Shown here piece after piece: positions 1-8,488 of a stretch of 64,000 nucleotides of DNA. The notes under the pieces were generated by a model that was given only the letters and a program-made list of their open reading frames with translations, was not told the origin of the DNA and searched no databases. How positions within the stretch are numbered: position 1 is the stretch's first letter; every line of letters starts with the position of its first letter. The DNA comes from an uncultured Gemmatimonadales bacterium (GTDB lineage Bacteria; Gemmatimonadota; Gemmatimonadetes; Longimicrobiales; Longimicrobiaceae), in NCBI GenBank assembly GCA_963716255.1, contig OY970303.1, forward strand, positions 4,992,001 through 5,056,000, in the 5' to 3' direction. The position numbers were made by a program, and so were the translations under genes.

Positions 1-119
1 TCCGAACCGTCCACCACCAGCACCTCCGCGAGGCCCGAGATGCGCCGCAGGTACGCCGTCAGGTCGCCGTCCAGGACGGGGGTGGGCGCGCGGAGCGGCA
101 GGACGTAGGAGATCTCCAT
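1..119 (-). CDS. Glycosyltransferase family 2 protein, N-terminus (runs off window start)
   Basis: Manual translation from ATG 119: MEISYVLPLRAPTPVLDGDLTAYLRRISGLAEVLVVDGS, matching the GT-A N-terminal pattern (ISxVLP...EVLVVDGS). Confidence 0.75.
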   Translation of the reverse strand, partial: MEISYVLPLRAPTPVLDGDLTAYLRRISGLAEVLVVDGS

Positions 120-132
120 GGAGCCGCGCCGG

Positions 133-148
133 GGCAACCGGCATGCCA
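133..148 (-). promoter_or_regulatory. Putative sigma-54 (-24/-12) promoter for the GT2 gene
   Basis: Minus strand reads TGGCATGCCGGTTGCC, which fits TGGCAC-N5-TTGC with the exact GG-N10-GC spacing, just upstream of ATG 119. Confidence 0.55.
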
Positions 149-175
149 TCGGCGGGGTCGCCGGTGGGGAGCGGC

Positions 176-865
176 CTAGACGGCGGCGCCGAACAGCCGT
201 CCCACCAGCGCCGAGGCGCCCATCGCCAGCGCGCCCCAGAACGCGACCCGCAGCGCGCCCTTCCACAGGACCGCGCCGCCCACGCGCGCCGCCACGGCCC
301 CCAGCACGGCCAGGAGGACGAGGGCGCTCCCCGTGACCAGCGGCGCCGTCCGCTCCCGCGGCGTGGCGGCCGCGACGAGCACGGGGAGCAGCGCGCCCAC
401 CGCGAAGGTGATCGCCGAGGTGAGCGCCGCCTGGAGGGGGCGCGCCGCCGTCGTGTCCGAGATCCCCAGCTCGTCGCGCGCGTGGGCCGCCAGCGCGTCG
501 CCCTCCATGAGCTGCTCGGCGACCTGCGCCGCGAGCGCGGGTGTCAGGCCGCGCTCGACGTAGATGGCGGCCAGCTCGGCCCTTTCGGCGGGCTCGTCCG
601 CCGCGAGCTCGCGGCGCTCCCGGGCGAGGTCCGCGGACTCCGTGTCGGACTGCGAGCTCACGGACACGTATTCGCCTGCCGCCATGGACATCGCGCCGGC
701 CACCAGCCCGGCCACCCCCGCGACCAGGATCGCCGGCCGCGAGGTGCCCGAGGCGGCCACGCCGACCACGAGGCTCGCCGTCGAGATGAGGCCGTCGTTC
801 GCGCCCAGGACGGCGGCGCGCAGCCAGCCGACGTGCGCGATCCGATGCGATTCACGGTGGCGCAA
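176..865 (-). CDS. VIT1/CCC1 family Fe/Mn transporter
   Basis: WLRAAVLGANDGLIS and AGAMSMAAGEYVSVSSQ motifs. Likely TTG start at 865 after GGAGGA; the ORF track extends to 1015. Confidence 0.92.
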   Translation of the reverse strand: MRHRESHRIAHVGWLRAAVLGANDGLISTASLVVGVAASGTSRPAILVAGVAGLVAGAMSMAAGEYVSVSSQSDTESADLARERRELAADEPAERAELAAIYVERGLTPALAAQVAEQLMEGDALAAHARDELGISDTTAARPLQAALTSAITFAVGALLPVLVAAATPRERTAPLVTGSALVLLAVLGAVAARVGGAVLWKGALRVAFWGALAMGASALVGRLFGAAV

Positions 866-1362
866 CGGTCCTCCATGCGTAGAAATGACAACGGCCGGGC
901 GGGTACAGGCCCCACAGCCGAATCTGCACCCCAGGACTCCCCTGCGCCACACCTCTGCCTCCGTTCGACGGACGTGGCTTGGTTCGTGCCTTCGCTCTCC
1001 CGCTCCTGTCACCAAGAGACATCGTGCTTCCGGCGGGGAAGAATCGGGGAAGGAATTCGGGCGCGCTCCCTTTTTCGCCCCCCGTGCCTGACCCCCCGCC
1101 CCCGCCTCCGCGTGTCACGCGCGGAAACGACGTAGACGGGCTCACCGACACCGGAGCGGCGCCGGGGCGGATCGCCGCGGCATGCATGCGTGCGGAGCAA
1201 ACGGTGTGGATCGCTTTCCGGGGGTCATGCACGCCGGTCTGACCGTGATCGACGGGACCGAGGCGTTGCATGTCGGCTCGTCGTTCGTGAACGGATACTG
1301 GAACGACGGAGATCAGGAGAGATGACGCAACAGGAAAGCCCAACCCGAGCCTCCGGATCTTC

Positions 1363-2427
1363 ATGACCTCCAGGTTACGCCGGTGGATCCGCTGGGGTGC
1401 GGCCCCGGGGATCGTCGCGTTCCTGCTGCTGGTGGCGGCGGGATGCTGCGGGCGCCAGCCGATCGTGCTGGCGCCCGCGCACCGCTTTCCGCCCGCCGAG
1501 GTTCTGGTGCTGGACGCGCCGGCGGGGACGGGCGCGCCGGATACGGTGACGCATGCCAGCATGCGCAACATCCTCTTCCACCTGGACGACGACACGTTCC
1601 TGCACGTCTACAAGCTGCAGGGCCGCATGCACGATCTCCGTCACACGGGCATCATCCTTCTCGACGACAAGAACACGCTGCTGCTGGAGATCACCGACGG
1701 CGTGCTGGGGATGGGGGCGGACGACCTGACGCGGCTGCTGAACCGCTACGTGTTCGGGTATCCTGGCGCCCCCCTCAGCGACCTCCGCGCCCAGATCCGC
1801 GGCACGGAGCTGGTGTTGAGCGGTTCGCTGCACAAGGGCGCCGTTCTGCCCTTCGAGATGACGGCGGGGGTCAGCCTTACGCCGGAGGGCCAGATACGCG
1901 TGCACCCCACTTCGGTGCGGCTGTGCGGCGCCGACGGCATGGCGCTGCTGCGCGCACTGGGCCTGGACCTGTCCGACATGCTGGACCTGCGCGGGGCCAA
2001 GGGCGTGCGCGCCGAGGGCGATGACCTGCTGCTGGACCCCTTTCGGATCCTCCCGCCGCCACGGATCTCAGGGCATATGACCGCTGTCCGCATCCAGGGC
2101 GGAGAGATGATCCAGGTCTTCGGCCGCGAGGATGCGGAACCGTCCCCGCCGCCGAAAACGGCGGCGGCCTGGCTGTACTTTCGGGGCGGCACGCTCCGCT
2201 TCGGCAAGCTGTTCATGGTGGATGCCGACATGGAGGCCATCGACACGGATGCATCCGACCCGTTCGACTTCTACCTCGATTACTACAACTCGCAGCTTGT
2301 CGCGGGCTACCACGTCACCACCGAGCGCGGTGGTATGGTGGCCTACTTTCCCGATTTCAGCGACCTGGGCACGCCCGCGGGAAGTCGCAGGACCCCACCC
2401 GTGCCTGCCGGTCCAGCCGGGCAATGA
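1363..2427 (+). CDS. Conserved hypothetical exported/lipoprotein (354 aa, beta-rich)
   Basis: Hydrophobic N-terminus ending VAAGC (lipobox-like). Segments MRNILFHLDDD, LLNRYVFGYPGAPL and LPPPRISGH resemble a hypothetical family I recall from Acidobacteria/Gemmatimonadota. Confidence 0.7.
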   Translation: MTSRLRRWIRWGAAPGIVAFLLLVAAGCCGRQPIVLAPAHRFPPAEVLVLDAPAGTGAPDTVTHASMRNILFHLDDDTFLHVYKLQGRMHDLRHTGIILLDDKNTLLLEITDGVLGMGADDLTRLLNRYVFGYPGAPLSDLRAQIRGTELVLSGSLHKGAVLPFEMTAGVSLTPEGQIRVHPTSVRLCGADGMALLRALGLDLSDMLDLRGAKGVRAEGDDLLLDPFRILPPPRISGHMTAVRIQGGEMIQVFGREDAEPSPPPKTAAAWLYFRGGTLRFGKLFMVDADMEAIDTDASDPFDFYLDYYNSQLVAGYHVTTERGGMVAYFPDFSDLGTPAGSRRTPPVPAGPAGQ

Positions 2428-2490
2428 TCGGGACTCGACTCGCTCGAACATCGACGAGCCTAAGAACTGGCGGACGATGGCACTGGACGG

Positions 2491-2750
2491 GTGCTGGTGC
2501 TGGGGGCCGCCGGCTTCCTCCTCCGGGACGCGGTGGAAACGTCCCCCACGCCGGCGCGGATCACCGTGGAGGTAGATTCAGTCATCCGCGCCGGACAGGG
2601 GTACCTGGTGGAGTTCCGCGCCCGCAACGAGGGTCAGACGACGGCAGCCGGACTCACCGTGGTGGGGGAGGTCCGGTGCGATTCCGGCAGGGTGGAGAGG
2701 AGCCAGGTCACCCTCGACTACGTGCCCGCCCGCGGTACGCGCAGGGGAGC
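2491..2750 (+). pseudogene. TIGR02588-family fragment
   Basis: LVLGAAGFLL...YLVEFRARNEGQTTAAGLTVVGE...SQVTLDYVPARGTRRG. No clean start, and the C-terminus is missing. Confidence 0.6.
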
Positions 2751-2761
2751 CCGCCCGCGGC

Positions 2762-3365
2762 GGAGCTTGCGGCCGACCCCGTCCTCTACCTCTACCTGTT
2801 CGCCCTCCCGCTGCTGGTGTTCGCGGCCTTCGGCGGGCTCCTCGGCGGCAGGAAGGACCGGCTGCTGGCGGCGAACGCCCTCCTTCGCGACCTGTCCATC
2901 TCCGACCCGCTCACGGGGCTGCGCAACACGCGCTACTTCTGGGAGCGCCTGGGTGAGGAGTACGCCCGGGTCCTGCGCACCGGCGAGCCGGCCTCGGTGC
3001 TGGTGGTCGACCTGGACCACTTCAAGGACGTCAACGACCGGCACGGCCACGTGGCGGGCGACCGGGTGCTCCGCGGGACGGCGGAGGCGATCGCCGCCGC
3101 GATCCGGCGGGCCGACACCGCCGCCCGCGTGGAGGACATGGCCGCTCGTGTGGGCGGCGAGGAGTTCGCCGTGCTCCTTCCCGGCACGGGGCTGGAGGAC
3201 GCAGCGGCGGTGGCGGAGCGGGTGCGGACGGAAATCGCCGCGCTGGAGGTGCCGGTCCGCGACGGGGAGCGGGTCGGGATCACGGCCTCTGTGGGTGTCG
3301 CCTGCGTGGCGGGTGAGCTCCCCGGTGGCGACCTGGCGCTCTTCACCGCCGCCGACCGCGCCAGG
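2762..3365 (+). pseudogene. GGDEF diguanylate cyclase fragment (TM helix plus GGEEF domain, 5' end missing)
   Basis: DPLTGLRN, DLDHFKDVNDRHGHVAGD, ARVGGEEF, ITASVGV, AADRA, then an abrupt break. No own start codon. Confidence 0.8.
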
Positions 3366-3371
3366 TGCGAG

Positions 3372-3455
3372 GGCCGCGGCCTGGTTCTCCATCCTGGTCA
3401 CGGGCCGCTACCCGTCCGGGCTGTACCACTTCGCCACGGGTGTGCTCCACCGTTT
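3372..3455 (+). pseudogene. DUF4389-like fragment
   Basis: AAWFSILVTGRYPSGLYHFATGVL resembles the DUF4389 repeat (WFxILFTGRYPxGLFxFxxGVL). Confidence 0.5.
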
Positions 3456-3472
3456 CACGGGAGGAGGGGTCC

Positions 3473-3730
3473 ATGTGGCTTCCATTCTCGGCCGAGCAGT
3501 TCATGCGCGTGTTCGAGCGCTACAACCTGGCGGTCTGGCCGGCGCAGCCGGTCTTCTACGCGGCCGCCGCGGGAGTGATGGTGCTCGTCACGCGCCCCGG
3601 GAAGCGCGGGGGGGCGGTGGATCAGCGCGGTGCTGGCGCTCTTCTGGGCGTGGATGGGCGTGGTCTACCACTGGGCCTTCTTCGCACGCATCAACCCCGC
3701 CGCGTTCCTCTCCGCCGCCCGCGTGCCATC
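3473..3730 (+). pseudogene. DUF6064-family membrane protein, frameshifted and truncated
   Basis: RBS GGAGGAGG, then MWLPFSAEQFMRVFERYNLAVWPAQ. A frameshift at the G-run 3608-3614 leads to RWISAVLALFWAWMGVVYHWAFFARINPAAF, and the gene ends just before the IS. Confidence 0.65.
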
Positions 3731-3731
3731 C

Positions 3732-4792
3732 TAGAGCCGTTCCCGAAAGAGATTAGAGCAAGTAGCCGCAGTGCTGGAACCAGCCGTGGGCATCCTCAGC
3801 CGTGATGCGGTCGAGGAGTTCGGCCAGTGCGCTCTCCAGCGCCTCCATCGAGCGGGCTGCCGCCGTACGCAGGAGGGTCTTGAGCTTGCTCCAGGCCTGC
3901 TCGATCGGCGCGAAATCGGGCGAGTAGGGCGGCAGGTAGAGCAGACGCAAGCCTGCCGCGTGGAGCTTCTCGCGCACCTTCGGCACCAGATGCGGCTTCA
4001 GGTTGTCCAGGACCACGATCGCACCGGGCTTCTTCTCCACCAGGTCGGGGATCAGAACCTGATCGAGGTAAGCGAGGAAGACCGGCGTATCGGTGGCCGC
4101 TGGAATGCTCATGACGCCGAGCAGCCCCTCCAGGGCGAGCCCGCCCAGGATCGTCAGCCGCTTGTAGTTGCCGAACGGCACGCTGCCTCGCGCCCGCGCT
4201 CCGGGAGCGGCACGGGCGTAGCGGCGCACCATGTGGGTGTCGATGCCGCTCTCGTCCACGAAGACCAGAGCCCGCACGTCGACTCCGGCAATCGTTTCGC
4301 GGAACTCGGCCCGCTTCTGCTGAACGTCGGATCGGTCCTGTTCAGCGGCTCGCAGCGTTTTTTTTCCGCGGTAGCTTCAGCTTCTGTAGCGCACGGTGGA
4401 GTGCCGAACGGCTCACACTCACCCCCATGCGTTCTTCCACCAAGGCGCGATACTCCTTGATGGTGCGGTCATTCGCTTGCTCGACCATGTCCGCCAATTG
4501 CTTCATCCGCTCTTCATCCAGCCTCGGCTGCGGTCCGCCTGCGTGCGGGAGAGGCGCCAAGGTGGCGTCCTCCTTCCAGCGCCGAAGCCAAATGTAGAGC
4601 GTGGCCTCTCCGATCTCGAATTGCCGGGCCACCTCGGCGCGCGTCATCTCTCCCTTCAGTGCCGCGGAAACAGCACGTTGACGCAAATCTGCTGAGTAAG
4701 GTGCTGCCATCGTACTCCTGTGCAGTCCTGAGACTTAAAACTGCACCCGTTACCCTTGCGGCGTCCTATTGGTCCACCTGGGAACCGCTCTA
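3732..4792 (-). mobile_element. IS630-family insertion sequence
   Basis: Ends TAGAGCCGTTCCC (3732-3744) and the reverse complement of GGGAACCGCTCTA (4780-4792) match 12/13, including the TA target dinucleotide. Encodes an HTH ORF and a DDE ORF. Confidence 0.92.
3753..4710 (-). CDS. IS630 transposase (orfA 4342-4710 joined to the DDE frame at an A8 run)
   Basis: orfA starts MAAPYSADLRQRAV (HTH). The DDE part has VFVDESG, VLDNLKPH and LPPYSPDFAPIEQAWSKLK. An A8 run at 4358-4365 joins the frames by a +1 shift. Confidence 0.9.
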
Positions 4793-5755
4793 ATCCGGAA
4801 GGTCCGTCACGGTCGGCGGCGGCCAGCCCCCAGACACCTTGACGACGGCGGGAAGACGGATCTCGAGAGCGCCGTCCGCCAGCATGGTGATCGGGGCATT
4901 CTGCAGGCGCAGAAGCCGCTCCGCGAGCGGGAACTGCTCGTCCGCCCGCACGGAGCCGTCCTCGATGAAAAGGCGCACGGCGCCCTCGCCGGCCTCGGCC
5001 CCCAGGCGCACGTGTGAGCCCGGCCCGACGCGGGCAGCGAGACGGTCCAGGAGCAGCGACAGCGCCTCGCGCGTGTGCCGTGGATCGACGTGCACGTGGG
5101 GGAGCGCCGGAGACAGGTCCGTTTCCAGCGTGCCGCCCGCCTGCCGGATGCGCGGCGAGGCCGCGGCGAGCACCGGAGCCAGCAGGTCGCGCGGGCGGAT
5201 CGCCTGCGGGCGGAACTCCACTTGGCCCGCGTCCAGCTCCACGATGCGGGCGACGAAGCGGAGCTCCTCGCCGGCGGCGTCCGCCGCCGCCTGCGCAGCC
5301 GAGATCATCTCCTCTTGGTTCTCGTTCAGCGCTCCGAACGGGCTGGCAAGGAGGATGTGCAGCGGGAGCCGTACCTCGTCCAGCCTGCGGCCCACGGCGG
5401 CGGCGGTGTCCGCCAGCAGCCCGGCGTACTCCCGCACCAGGGCTTCGGCGGCCTGTCCGCGCGACTCGCCGCTCCGCTGCGCCTCCGCCATCGTCCGCTC
5501 GATGAAGTCCAGCTCGTCCGCGCCCCCGCTTTCCACGGTGCCGTCGCGCCGGACAAGTGCGTCGATGCGCCGGGCCACGTACCTCGTGTTGCGCCAGGTC
5601 AACCCGAGCGAAACGACGGCTGCGGCGAGCCCGGCCAGGACCAGCCACTCCGGGACCTGGCGCCCCCGCTGTCCCCAGTACGCCAGCGCGGCCATCGCCA
5701 GCACGCCCAGCACCGCAGGGACGACGGCTAGGAATAGACGCTGCCCCACCCTCAT
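4790..5755 (-). CDS. Membrane-anchored degenerate histidine-kinase-like protein (pseudo-kinase) downstream of kdpD-N
   Basis: Two TM helices, then a HisKA-like segment (LPLHILLASPFGALNENQEEMI) lacking the H-box His, and a HATPase-like tail lacking N/G boxes. Overlaps the upstream gene (ATGA). Confidence 0.7.
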   Translation of the reverse strand: MRVGQRLFLAVVPAVLGVLAMAALAYWGQRGRQVPEWLVLAGLAAAVVSLGLTWRNTRYVARRIDALVRRDGTVESGGADELDFIERTMAEAQRSGESRGQAAEALVREYAGLLADTAAAVGRRLDEVRLPLHILLASPFGALNENQEEMISAAQAAADAAGEELRFVARIVELDAGQVEFRPQAIRPRDLLAPVLAAASPRIRQAGGTLETDLSPALPHVHVDPRHTREALSLLLDRLAARVGPGSHVRLGAEAGEGAVRLFIEDGSVRADEQFPLAERLLRLQNAPITMLADGALEIRLPAVVKVSGGWPPPTVTDLPD

Positions 5756-6897
5756 CGCGCGTCCTCCGTTTCGGTGAACGAGACGACCAGCACGTCCACG
5801 CCCGCAGCGCGCTCGACGAGCCGGTCGATCACCGAGCCCTTCAGGACGCGGTGCAGGCGTGAGCGGTGGGTTCTCCCGACGACGATCATCGACACGCCTT
5901 TTTCCCGGGCGAAGCGAAGGAGCGCCTGCGCCACGTCGTCCGCTTCCAGCTTCACGATCTCGGCGCCCATCCGCTGCGCAAGCTGGATGTTGTCCACCAG
6001 CCGTCGCTGGATCGCGGCGTCGATGCGCGCGGCGCTCTCCTCCGGCGTCTGCACGTAGACGCAGTACCAGTCCGTGTTGAGCCGGCCGGCCAGGCGGCTG
6101 GCCTTCTGGAGGAGGACGTCGGTGCGCGGGGGCATGCTGCTCATCGCCACCAGCACGCGGTCGGCGGACCGGGGGACCCCGTCCTCACGGCCGACGATCC
6201 CGGCGCGGAGCCGGTCCACCGAGCTCGCCACTTCGCGCAGCGCCAGCTCGCGCAGGACCGTGAGGTTTTCGGGGGTGAAGAAGTTCTGCAGCGCGGCAGT
6301 GACCTTGTCGGCCGCATAGACCTTGCCGTCGATCAGCCGTTGCCGGAGCTCCTCGGCGGGGATGTCGATGTTCACTACCTGGTCCGCGCGCGCCGCCACC
6401 CAGTCGGGAACGGTCTCGCGCACGTTCACGCCCAGCGTCTCGGCGACAATGGGGCCCAGCGACTCCAGGTGCTGCACGTTCAGGGTGGAGACCACGTCGA
6501 TCCCGGCGTCGAGCAGTTCCAGCACGTCCTGCCAGCGCTTGGCGTTGCGCGAGCCGGGGACGTTGGAGTGCGCCAGCTCGTCCACCAGCGCCACGCGCGG
6601 CCGGCGCGCGAGCACGGCGTCCACGTCCATCTCCTCCAGCACCACCCCGCGGTACTCGATCCGCTTCCGGGGGACCACATCCAGCCCCTCGAGCAGCGCC
6701 GCAGTCTCGCTCCGGCCGTGCGTCTCCACGTAGCCGGCCACCACGTCCACGCCGCGGCGGCGCAGGTCGTGCGCCTCCTGGAGCATCCGGTAGGTCTTTC
6801 CCACGCCGGCGAAGGAGCCCATGTAGAGCTTGAAGCTCCCCTGGTCTCCCTCCCGGACCCGTTCCACGAAGGGTGCGGTGCTCGCCGCCTCAGTCAT
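5752..6897 (-). CDS. kdpD: KdpD N-terminal sensor domain plus Usp domain (no TM or kinase part)
   Basis: GSFKLYMGSFAGVGKTYRML (Walker A-like), VDELAHSN, KRWQDV, LNVQHLESL, LRELALR, then a Usp domain. Confidence 0.9.
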   Translation of the reverse strand: MTEAASTAPFVERVREGDQGSFKLYMGSFAGVGKTYRMLQEAHDLRRRGVDVVAGYVETHGRSETAALLEGLDVVPRKRIEYRGVVLEEMDVDAVLARRPRVALVDELAHSNVPGSRNAKRWQDVLELLDAGIDVVSTLNVQHLESLGPIVAETLGVNVRETVPDWVAARADQVVNIDIPAEELRQRLIDGKVYAADKVTAALQNFFTPENLTVLRELALREVASSVDRLRAGIVGREDGVPRSADRVLVAMSSMPPRTDVLLQKASRLAGRLNTDWYCVYVQTPEESAARIDAAIQRRLVDNIQLAQRMGAEIVKLEADDVAQALLRFAREKGVSMIVVGRTHRSRLHRVLKGSVIDRLVERAAGVDVLVVSFTETEDAR

Positions 6898-6993
6898 CGA
6901 TGATCCTGCCTTGTACGGTCGGGCGGCTACCCGGCGGGGGCCGGTCGAGGCCGCTGCGTACCACGTGCAGCCGGTACGCAGCGGGCGGGGTCG

Positions 6994-7770
6994 TCAGATC
7001 GTGAGCTTGAACTGCAGCTTGCCCCAGACGGTATCGTCGCCGTCCGGCGCGTACGCCGAGCCGTCGAACAGGTGCGTGTAGGCCAGGCTGGGGGTGATGG
7101 TGAGTCCCCGGAAGGGGATGGCGATCCCAGCCGACACGTTCACGTCATTGAAGCCGGCGTCGGCGCGCAGGGCCTCCTGGTCGGTGTAGCCGATGCTGGC
7201 GCCGAGGTCCAGCGGCGTCCCCAAGGGGATGGAGCGAGCGGCGCCCAGCGAGGCGTACAGCCCTTCGATCGTGTCCACGTCGCCCGCTCCCCCCCCGTCG
7301 AAGTCGTAGAACACGCTCAGCGTGGGAGCGAACGGGACCGACGCCAACCCCAGCGAGCCGTACACCTCCTGCGTGACGTAGTCCTGCTGCTCGGCGGGGT
7401 AGATGTAGACGATGTACCCCGCGCCGGCCGCCACCGGGCCCACCGCGCGGCTGAAGGCGGCGCTCAGGTCCACCTCGTCGGTCCCGCCGCGGGTGAGCGT
7501 GGTGCTGTAGGGGACGGTCTCGTCACGGCCGGTTGCCGCGAACGAGGCCCACGCGGTGACGGACAGCCCGGTGTTGCCGAGCGACAGCGTCGCCCAGGGC
7601 TGCACCGCGGGTGCGTCGGTCACGTCCACGCCGCGGAAAACGTAGGAGCTCACCACGTCGGCGGCCACGGTGGCGCCCAGGGGCAGCGGGGTGACGGGCG
7701 CTCTCTCCTGCGCCGGCAGCGCGGCGGGGACGGCAAGCGCGAGCGCCGCCGTGAAAACTTTATGTCTCAT
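6994..7770 (-). CDS. TorF/TIGR02001-like outer-membrane beta-barrel porin
   Basis: Signal peptide (ALPA-Q), SSYVFRGVD, PAVQP, EVDL and YIYP, with an amphipathic C-terminal strand. Confidence 0.75.
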   Translation of the reverse strand: MRHKVFTAALALAVPAALPAQERAPVTPLPLGATVAADVVSSYVFRGVDVTDAPAVQPWATLSLGNTGLSVTAWASFAATGRDETVPYSTTLTRGGTDEVDLSAAFSRAVGPVAAGAGYIVYIYPAEQQDYVTQEVYGSLGLASVPFAPTLSVFYDFDGGGAGDVDTIEGLYASLGAARSIPLGTPLDLGASIGYTDQEALRADAGFNDVNVSAGIAIPFRGLTITPSLAYTHLFDGSAYAPDGDDTVWGKLQFKLTI

Positions 7771-7837
7771 CGGTCCTGGTCGTTCGGGGTTGGCCGGCTT
7801 CCTCGTGAAGCCGGCGGTACGGAGCGGGGACCTGCGT

Positions 7838-8470
7838 TCAGGTTCCCGCCCGGGCTGCGCTGTCCGTGGCCGCCGGCGCCGCGGGCGCGCGGCCCGTCTC
7901 GCGGTCCAGCGCCAGGTTCAGCATCAGCACGTTCACCCGCAGCTCGCCCAGCAGCCCGAGGGTTCGTTCTTCGGTGTGCTCCTGCACCAGGGCGCGCACG
8001 CGGGCGGCGTCCACGCCGCGCGCCGCGGCGACGCGTGCCACCTGCAGTCCCGCGTTCGCGGGGGAGATGTGCGGATCCAGCCCGCTTCCGCTGCGCGTGA
8101 CCATGTCGGCGGGCACACGCCCCTTCTGCGCCCCATCCTCGCTCGCCGCGCGGGCCACCTCCCGGGCGATCAGCGTGTCGGCCAGCTTGAGGTCGGTGGG
8201 TCCCTTGTTGGTGCCCGCCGACGCGGTGCCGTCGTATCCGGTCCCCGCGGCCGAGGGGCGCGGGTGGAAGTACGCGGGCCCGGCGAAGCCCTGTGCGATC
8301 AGCTCGCTGCCGACCACGCGGCCTCCGGCCTCGACCAGCGAGCCGTTCGCCTGCCGCGGGAAGATCACCTGCGCCAGCCCCGTCACGGCGGCCGGGTACA
8401 GTGCGCCCGTGAGCACCATCAGCACGAGCGTGGCGAGGAGTGCGGGGCGAATCTGGTTCTTGATCATCAT
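7838..8470 (-). CDS. kdpC: K+-transporting ATPase subunit C
   Basis: YPAAVTGLAQVIFPRQANGSL, YFHPRPSAAG, SGSGLDPHISP, VNVLMLNLALD. Confidence 0.97.
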   Translation of the reverse strand: MMIKNQIRPALLATLVLMVLTGALYPAAVTGLAQVIFPRQANGSLVEAGGRVVGSELIAQGFAGPAYFHPRPSAAGTGYDGTASAGTNKGPTDLKLADTLIAREVARAASEDGAQKGRVPADMVTRSGSGLDPHISPANAGLQVARVAAARGVDAARVRALVQEHTEERTLGLLGELRVNVLMLNLALDRETGRAPAAPAATDSAARAGT

Positions 8471-8488
8471 CGGTTCCGGTTTCGGTTC

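Noticed and set aside
1020..1360. Short ORFs between the VIT gene and the lipoprotein
   Set aside because: No recognisable motifs or RBS; treated as intergenic or decayed sequence.
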